A stretch of 64,000 nucleotides of DNA from assembly GCA_035690485.1 (NCBI GenBank), contig DASSKL010000102.1, forward strand, positions 63 through 64,062, given 5' to 3'. Every line of letters starts with the position of its first letter. The stretch's first letter is position 1. Both the position numbers and the translations under genes were made by a program. This document shows positions 58,370-64,000 of the stretch, in pieces. A model generated the notes under the pieces. It searched no databases and was not told where the DNA came from. It worked only from the letters and a program-made list of their open reading frames with translations. The DNA comes from Mycobacteriales bacterium. GTDB taxonomy: Bacteria; Actinomycetota; Actinomycetes; JAFAQI01; DASSKL01.

Positions 58370-60187
58370 ATGGCTGCCTCACCTAGCGAGCTGGGCCACC
58401 GCTACACGCCCCTGCTGCTGATCGCGCTCGTCGAGATCCTCCTGGTCGCGCTTGCTCCGTCGGGCTCCAACACCGTGTCCCAGGTCGCCGGTCCGGGGGG
58501 CACCCAGAGCTCCAGCATCGGTTCCGGCGCCACGGGCGGCGGGGGCCAGAGCCTCGGCCTCGGGTCGACCGGCAGCGGCTCGAGCGGTACGGGCGGCACG
58601 ACCGGGTCCGGCGCCGCCACCCCGACCGGCGGCACCGGTGGCACCGGTGCGGCGGGCGGCACGGGCGGCGCGGGTGGCACCGGAGCCGGCGGCGGCAAGC
58701 TCAACCAGTTCGGCTACGCCAGCTCCGACTTGAGCAAGTGCGACAAGGCCGGACTGCAGATCATGCCGACGGCCTACGCCCCGCCGTGCAAGCCGGTCTG
58801 GCACGGGGGTGACAACGGCGGCGCCACGATGACCGGGGTCACCGACAAGGAGATCCGCTTCGTCTACTACCGCGCGCAGGGCAACGCCCAGGTCAACGCG
58901 CTGCTCGCGCAGAAGAACCTTGCGGCGACCGACGACCAGTTCTGCACGCAGATGCAGGCGTTCACGGCCTACGTCAACAAGCGCTTCGAGCTCTACGGCC
59001 GCAAGTTCGTGAGCCTCGACGGCCCGGGAAACCACTCGGGCAAGGCGCTGGGCAGCAACTGCCACTACCCCTACTTCCAAGGCCAGTGCTCGCTGACGCC
59101 GCCCGATGCGCCCTGTGAGAAGGCGGAGGCGGACCTCATCGCCAAGCAGCTGAAGCCGGCCTTCGTCATCGTGCCGACCGCCGACCCGTCGTTCTCCTAC
59201 GAGCTCGCGCGCAACCACATCCTGGTCGACGGCGGCTTCAACGCGCCGGAGGCCTACCACGACCAGCTGGCGCCGTACTTCTACGAGGTGTCGATGAACG
59301 GCACCCAGCTCGCCGACCTCAACTCCGAGTACTACTGCAAGAAGCTGGCCGGCAAGCCCGTGCAGTTCGCCGGACTCGACGTGATGGGCGCTCCGGGCAC
59401 GAAGGCGCCGACGCGCAAGCTCGGCATCGTCTTCCCGGAGAACAACGGCGACGTCACGACGAAGCTGTCGGTCGACCGGTTCGCCCAGGCAGTGGAGAAG
59501 TGTGGCGGCGGCAAGGTGGTCGAGTTCAGCTACGCCAGCGACATCAACACCGCCCAGCAGCAGGCCAGCACGACGGTCGCCGCGTTGAAGAAGGCCGGCG
59601 TCACGACCATGGCCTGCTGGTGCGACCCGATCGCACCGGTGTTCCTCAGCAACGCGGCGGACTCCAACCAGTACCACCCCGAAGTCTTCATCATCGGGGC
59701 GGCGCTCATCGACTACGACGCGCTCGCCCAGCTCTACAACCCCAACGTCTGGCGCTACGCGTTCGGCGTCTCGCTGCTCGGCCAGACGATCCCGTTCTCC
59801 GACACCAACGCGGTCAAGGCCTGGCACGACGTCGGCAACTCCGGCGAGCCCGACAAGACCGCGAACCTGTCCTGGACCTTCATCCAGATCATGGCCGACA
59901 TGTTCGAGAACGCCGGTCCCAGGCCGACGCCCGACAGCATCCACACCGGCTCGGTCAACGCGCCACCGATGGGTGGCGACCCGGTCAACTTCCGGGTCTC
60001 CTACAAGGCGCCGTACGCGTGGAGCTCGCAGGACGACGTGCGCGCGGTGTGGTACTGCCCCACGCAGAACTCGTCGCTGAACAACAACCCCGGCACCTAC
60101 GTCCCCGTCGACAACGGCCGGCGCTACCAGACCGGCCAGTTCACCGACCAGGTCAAGGTGTTCCCCAGCGGCCCCTGCCCGGGCTGA
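58370..60187 (+). CDS. ABC substrate-binding protein (type-1 periplasmic-binding fold, LivK-like), TM-anchored, Cys-rich
   Basis: One N-terminal TM helix, a Gly/Ser/Thr linker of about 70 aa, then a domain of about 480 aa with alternating beta-alpha pattern (IRFVYY.., AFVIV.., LGIVFPENN.., AALKKAGVTTMACWCDP..). 12 Cys. AAGGAG RBS. Followed by Liv-type permease. Confidence 0.65.
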   Translation: MAASPSELGHRYTPLLLIALVEILLVALAPSGSNTVSQVAGPGGTQSSSIGSGATGGGGQSLGLGSTGSGSSGTGGTTGSGAATPTGGTGGTGAAGGTGGAGGTGAGGGKLNQFGYASSDLSKCDKAGLQIMPTAYAPPCKPVWHGGDNGGATMTGVTDKEIRFVYYRAQGNAQVNALLAQKNLAATDDQFCTQMQAFTAYVNKRFELYGRKFVSLDGPGNHSGKALGSNCHYPYFQGQCSLTPPDAPCEKAEADLIAKQLKPAFVIVPTADPSFSYELARNHILVDGGFNAPEAYHDQLAPYFYEVSMNGTQLADLNSEYYCKKLAGKPVQFAGLDVMGAPGTKAPTRKLGIVFPENNGDVTTKLSVDRFAQAVEKCGGGKVVEFSYASDINTAQQQASTTVAALKKAGVTTMACWCDPIAPVFLSNAADSNQYHPEVFIIGAALIDYDALAQLYNPNVWRYAFGVSLLGQTIPFSDTNAVKAWHDVGNSGEPDKTANLSWTFIQIMADMFENAGPRPTPDSIHTGSVNAPPMGGDPVNFRVSYKAPYAWSSQDDVRAVWYCPTQNSSLNNNPGTYVPVDNGRRYQTGQFTDQVKVFPSGPCPG

Positions 60188-60208
60188 CGGAAGGATCGAC
60201 GACCCGCC

Positions 60209-60391
60209 ATGGCAGTCAAGCCCGAGGTCATCGGCCGCCGCTACGCGCCGCTCGCCCTGCTGGTCGCGGTGCAGATCGCCCTGGTCTACATCGCACCGTC
60301 GACCCCGCCCGCCACCTGCGCGAGCACGCCGGGCGGAGCCGGCGCCACGCAGAGCGGCGTCGCGGTGCCCGGGGGCTCCTGTGCTCCCTGA
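60209..60391 (+). CDS. Small membrane-anchored ORF paralogous to the N-terminus of the preceding binding protein
   Basis: 60 aa with high GC3. GRRYAPLALLVAVQIALVYIAPS aligns with GHRYTPLLLIALVEILLVALAPS of the 605-aa protein. The stop overlaps the permease start region. Confidence 0.45.
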   Translation: MAVKPEVIGRRYAPLALLVAVQIALVYIAPSTPPATCASTPGGAGATQSGVAVPGGSCAP

Positions 60392-62648
60392 CGCATCCGC
60401 GCTGCGCGAGCGCGCGCTCAGCCCCATGCAGCACCCGTGGGTGCAGCAGGTCTGGGGCAGCCGGCTGGGCGGACCGGTGCTCAAGGTGGTCCTGGCCTAC
60501 GCCGCGCTGTTCGGGATCCTGCGGCTCTCGATGCACAGCAACCCGGTGCCCGCCGGCGTGCTCGTCTTCGGTGCGCTCATCGGGCTGCTCTACGGGATGG
60601 TGGCCCTGGGGCTCATCCTCATCTACCGGGCCAACCGCATCATCAACTTCGCCCAGGCCGAGATGGGTGCCGTCGCAGCCGTGCTCGCCGTGCTGCTCAT
60701 CAAGGTGCAGCACGTGCCCTACCTGGTTGCGTTCGCCATCGCGATGGTCGCTGCGATCGCCTCGGGCTGGCTGGTCGAGTTGCTGATCGTCCGCCGCTTC
60801 GCGACCGCGCCGCGCCTGGTGCTATCGGTCGCCACCATCGGCGTCTCGCTGATCTTCGCGGTGCTGCAGTTCTACATGCCGAAGTGGATCGGCGGTAACT
60901 TCCTCGTCAACCCGACGCCGCCGAAGACGCCCTTCTCCGGGCTGTCGTTCAAGATCGACCCACTGGTCTTCGACGCCAACTCCATCGTCATCGTGTTCGC
61001 GGCCGCCGCCGTCGTCATCGGCCTGACGCTGTTCTTCCGCTACACCGACGTCGGCATCGCGGTCCGCGCCGCAGCAGAGAACGCCGACCGCGCCAAGCTG
61101 CTCGGGATCTCGACCAACCGGCTCTCGTCGTACGTCTGGATGCTGGCCACCGCGCTGTCGGCCCTCGGCGTCTTCCTGCGCATCCCGGTCATCGGCCTGC
61201 CGATCGGCGCCGACATCGGCCCCTACGTGCTGCTCTACGCCCTGGCCGCGGCCGTCATCGCGCGGATGGAGTCGTTCTCGATCGCCATCTTCGCCGGCAT
61301 CGCGATCGGCGTGCTCGAGCAGTCGCTCTACTACTTCAGCCACGACCAGTCGATCGCCAGCGCGCTGATGCTGCCGATCCTGCTCGCCGCGATGCTGCTG
61401 CAGCGGCGGAAGCTGTCGCGAGGGCAGGACTCCGGATTCGCGTCGTGGTCGCTGTCGACGATGTTCCGGCCCGTGCCGCCGGAGCTGCGCAACCTCGCCG
61501 AGGTGCAGTGGGCGCGCCTCGGGATGGGTCTGCTGGCCATGGCGCTGCTCGCCGTGCTGCCCTTCGTCGCGGGACTGGAGCAGCAGATCCTCGCCTCGGT
61601 CGTCGTCATCTACGGCATGGTCGCCGTGTCGCTGGTGATCCTCACCGGCTGGGCCGGGCAGATCAGCCTCGGGCAGTGGGGCTTCGCCGGCGTGGGCGCG
61701 CTCATGACCAGCGCGGTCGGCCTGCACCTGCACGGCGACTTCTTCGTCACGATGGTCGTGTCCGGCCTCGCCGGCGCGGTCGTGTCGGTGCTCATCGGAC
61801 TGCCGGCGCTGCGCATCCAGGGCCTCTACCTCGCGGTGACCACGCTGGCCTTCGGCATCGCGGTGCAGGTCTACCTGCTCTCTCCCAACTACTTCCCCTC
61901 GCTGCTCCCGCAGGGTGTGCAGCAGATCGAGCGGCCGCTGCTGTTCGGGCACTACTCCATCGACGATCCGAAGAACTTCTACTTCCTCGCCCTCGGCGTG
62001 CTGGCCCTCGCGCTGCTCTCGGCGCGGGCGCTGCGCAACAGCCGCGCCGGCCGGGTGATGATCGCGGCGCGCGACAACGAGCGGGGCGCGCAGAGCTATG
62101 GGATCTCGGTACCGGCCGCGCGGCTGTCGGCGTTCGCCATCTCCGGCTTCTGGGCCGCGGTCGCGGGGTCGCTGTTCGCCTACCACGAGCAGACGGTGCA
62201 GACCGCGGCGTTCGACCCGACGATCAGCCTGCTGCTGCTCAGCATCGTCGTCATCGGCGGCGTCACCTCGCTGCCCGGCGCGATCCTCGGCACGCTGTTC
62301 ATCGGCGGGCTGAAGTACGGGGGCCTGTCGGCGCAGGCCCAGGTGCTGACCAGTGGCTTGGGCGTGCTGTTCCTGCTGTACGTCGTGCCCGGTGGTCTCG
62401 CCCAGTGGTTCTACGGCGCCCGCGACGCGATGCTGCGCGCGCTCGCCCAGCACCGGGGCATCCTCGTGCCCAGCCTGGTGGCGGACGCGCGCGACGACCC
62501 GTCGGGCGCAGCCGCCGAAGACGACGCGCTGCTCACGGCGACGGCCGCGGTCGAGCTGGCCCACGCCACGCCACGAGAGCCACCACCCGGGGTCGACCTG
62601 TCCGCGGACACCCCCGCAGAGCCGAGCCCCGCGGGGAGGACGGCATGA
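60381..62648 (+). CDS. Fused branched-chain-amino-acid-type ABC permease (LivH-like + LivM-like, 755 aa)
   Basis: Two permease modules (about residues 50-340 and 380-700), each with the Liv-type TM pattern (e.g. ...IYRANRIINFAQAEMGAV..., ...LTGWAGQISLGQWGFAGVGA...). Start is uncertain: GTG at 60381 or ATG at 60426. Confidence 0.85.
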   Translation: MLPDASALRERALSPMQHPWVQQVWGSRLGGPVLKVVLAYAALFGILRLSMHSNPVPAGVLVFGALIGLLYGMVALGLILIYRANRIINFAQAEMGAVAAVLAVLLIKVQHVPYLVAFAIAMVAAIASGWLVELLIVRRFATAPRLVLSVATIGVSLIFAVLQFYMPKWIGGNFLVNPTPPKTPFSGLSFKIDPLVFDANSIVIVFAAAAVVIGLTLFFRYTDVGIAVRAAAENADRAKLLGISTNRLSSYVWMLATALSALGVFLRIPVIGLPIGADIGPYVLLYALAAAVIARMESFSIAIFAGIAIGVLEQSLYYFSHDQSIASALMLPILLAAMLLQRRKLSRGQDSGFASWSLSTMFRPVPPELRNLAEVQWARLGMGLLAMALLAVLPFVAGLEQQILASVVVIYGMVAVSLVILTGWAGQISLGQWGFAGVGALMTSAVGLHLHGDFFVTMVVSGLAGAVVSVLIGLPALRIQGLYLAVTTLAFGIAVQVYLLSPNYFPSLLPQGVQQIERPLLFGHYSIDDPKNFYFLALGVLALALLSARALRNSRAGRVMIAARDNERGAQSYGISVPAARLSAFAISGFWAAVAGSLFAYHEQTVQTAAFDPTISLLLLSIVVIGGVTSLPGAILGTLFIGGLKYGGLSAQAQVLTSGLGVLFLLYVVPGGLAQWFYGARDAMLRALAQHRGILVPSLVADARDDPSGAAAEDDALLTATAAVELAHATPREPPPGVDLSADTPAEPSPAGRTA

Positions 62649-64000
62649 CCACCGTCGGGCACGCGCCCGCGGCCGCGACCGCGCAGCCCGAGCCGAGTGG
62701 CCGCAACCGGGCGCCGATGGCGATGTTCGCGCTCGCCATCCTCACCGCGATCTTCTTCTTCGACGAGTTCGACACCGCCGCCTTCGGCGTGCTCGCGCCG
62801 AACATCGAGAAGGCGTTCGGGCTCACCGACAAGCAGTTCGGCCTCATCGTCATCGGCAACGTCTCGATCGTGCTGGCGCTGTCGATCCCGATCAGCCACT
62901 TCGCCGACCGGCTGCCGCGCTCCAAGCTGGTCGTGCTGTGCGGGCTGATCGCGGGGATCTTCTCGTTCTTCACCGGCGTGGTCGGCTCGGTGCTGTTCCT
63001 CGTGCTGGTGCGGCTGGGCAACGGCATCGGCGTGGTCGCGAACAACCCGATCCACAACTCGTTGCTCGCCGACTACTTCCCGGCCGAGGAGAGACCACGG
63101 TCCTACGCGGTCCACCAGAATGCGCTGTTCCTCGGCGCGATCGTGGGCCCGGCCTTCGCCGGTGGCCTGGCGTCGCTGTTCGACTGGCGCGCGGCGTTCA
63201 TCGCGCTGATCTTCCCGACGGTGGGCGCGGCGATCCTCGCGCTGCGCCTGAAGGAGCCGCAGCGCGGCGGCACCGACGACCCCGACGCCGCGGCCGAGGC
63301 GCAGGCCGAGGAGCCGGTGAAGTTCTCCGAGGCGATGCGCACGCTGCTCGCGGTCCCGACGCTCTACCGGCAGTACATCGCCAACCTGTTTATCGGCGCC
63401 GGGGTCATCCCGCTGTCCTTCGTGCTGCCGCTCTACCTGCAACGGGTCTACGGCGTCGAACCGCTCGGCCGGGGCATCATCGGCGCCGGCAACGCCGCGG
63501 CGCAGTTCGCCGGCGTCATCGTCGCCGGCATCCTCACCCGGCGCTGGCTGGCCAAGGACAGCGGCGAGCCGCTGAAGTACGCCGGCTACGCGCTCGGCCT
63601 CGTCGGCCTCGGCCTGCTCGGCGTCGCCCTGGCGCCCACGCTGCCGGTGTCGATCGTCGTCGGACTGGTCACGAGCTTCTTCGGCGGTGCGTTCTACCCG
63701 CCCTTCTACACCGTGCAGTCGATGGTCTCCCCCGCCCGCGTGCGCACGCTGTCGTTCGGCTTCGGGTCGCTGTTCCTGGTGGCCGGCGTGGTGCTGATCT
63801 GGGTCATCGGCGTCGGCACCTTCTGGCCCGCGGCCAACCTGTCCGCGAAGGGCAACCACCAGGACTACCGGCTGGCGCTCGGCGCGCTGCTGCCCTGGTG
63901 GCTGATCGGCGGCGCGACGCTGGCGTCCGCGAAGCGGTTCGTCGCCCGCGACGCCGACCGCGCGCTGCGCACGCTGGCGACCACGGTCGAGATGCGACGC
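62645..64000 (+). CDS. MFS-like 12-TM protein, 3' end outside window (not in ORF track because no stop is reached)
   Basis: The ATG at 62645 overlaps the permease stop (ATGA). 452 codons are open to the window edge with high GC3. 12 hydrophobic segments and motif-A-like FADRLPRSKLV. The last 25 or so residues are hydrophilic, so a further domain probably follows. Confidence 0.75.
   Translation, partial: MTTVGHAPAAATAQPEPSGRNRAPMAMFALAILTAIFFFDEFDTAAFGVLAPNIEKAFGLTDKQFGLIVIGNVSIVLALSIPISHFADRLPRSKLVVLCGLIAGIFSFFTGVVGSVLFLVLVRLGNGIGVVANNPIHNSLLADYFPAEERPRSYAVHQNALFLGAIVGPAFAGGLASLFDWRAAFIALIFPTVGAAILALRLKEPQRGGTDDPDAAAEAQAEEPVKFSEAMRTLLAVPTLYRQYIANLFIGAGVIPLSFVLPLYLQRVYGVEPLGRGIIGAGNAAAQFAGVIVAGILTRRWLAKDSGEPLKYAGYALGLVGLGLLGVALAPTLPVSIVVGLVTSFFGGAFYPPFYTVQSMVSPARVRTLSFGFGSLFLVAGVVLIWVIGVGTFWPAANLSAKGNHQDYRLALGALLPWWLIGGATLASAKRFVARDADRALRTLATTVEMRR

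Noticed and set aside
58480-58700. Repetitive GGC/ACC/GGT-rich DNA that might be a tandem repeat, CRISPR-like or contingency locus. Also the 9-nt tandem at 2504-2530 and the 15-nt tandem at 927-971.
   Set aside because: All lie in frame inside coding regions and encode low-complexity linkers (Gly/Thr/Ser tether, ANDAND, PPVVT). There is no repeat-spacer periodicity and no cas genes.

Overview
This is a very GC-rich, GC3-saturated chromosomal segment from an actinobacterium. I cannot name the genus from the sequence alone. It carries about 60 tightly packed genes, many joined by 4-nt GTGA/ATGA stop-start overlaps, plus one tRNA. I saw no IS elements, integrases, CRISPR arrays or rRNA.

Recognisable blocks, left to right:
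- A partial LPXTG surface protein.
- The canonical Pup-proteasome locus (arc-dop-pup-prcB-prcA, minus strand), followed by the same neighbours as in mycobacteria: trmI, a CBS site-2 protease, a RecB-like nuclease, metH, PAC2 and mshC.
- A MacB/FtsX-type ABC exporter.
- The conserved actinobacterial trio of PI-kinase-like protein, DUF3090 and phosphomutase.
- tRNA-Leu(GAG), followed by a few poorly characterised genes.
- A six-gene menaquinone cluster (menF, menD, menC, menB, menE, menA).
- A lipid-modification neighbourhood: esterase, acyl-CoA synthetase, and a BfaA/BfaB-like pair for 10-methyl fatty acids.
- amt, a P450, and an MFS exporter.
- At the right end, the least conventional part: tetR, an orphan type IV pilin and a nitroreductase on one strand, diverging from an atypical LIV-type ABC module. 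That module has a TM-anchored Cys-rich binding protein, a micro-ORF that repeats its anchor, a fused LivH-LivM permease, and a translationally coupled MFS-like ORF that runs off the window. No ATPase gene is visible.

Most of the window is ordinary core genome. I found no clear-cut new system, only several under-characterised modules worth a second look. The many long antisense ORFs in the six-frame track are GC-driven shadows of the real genes.
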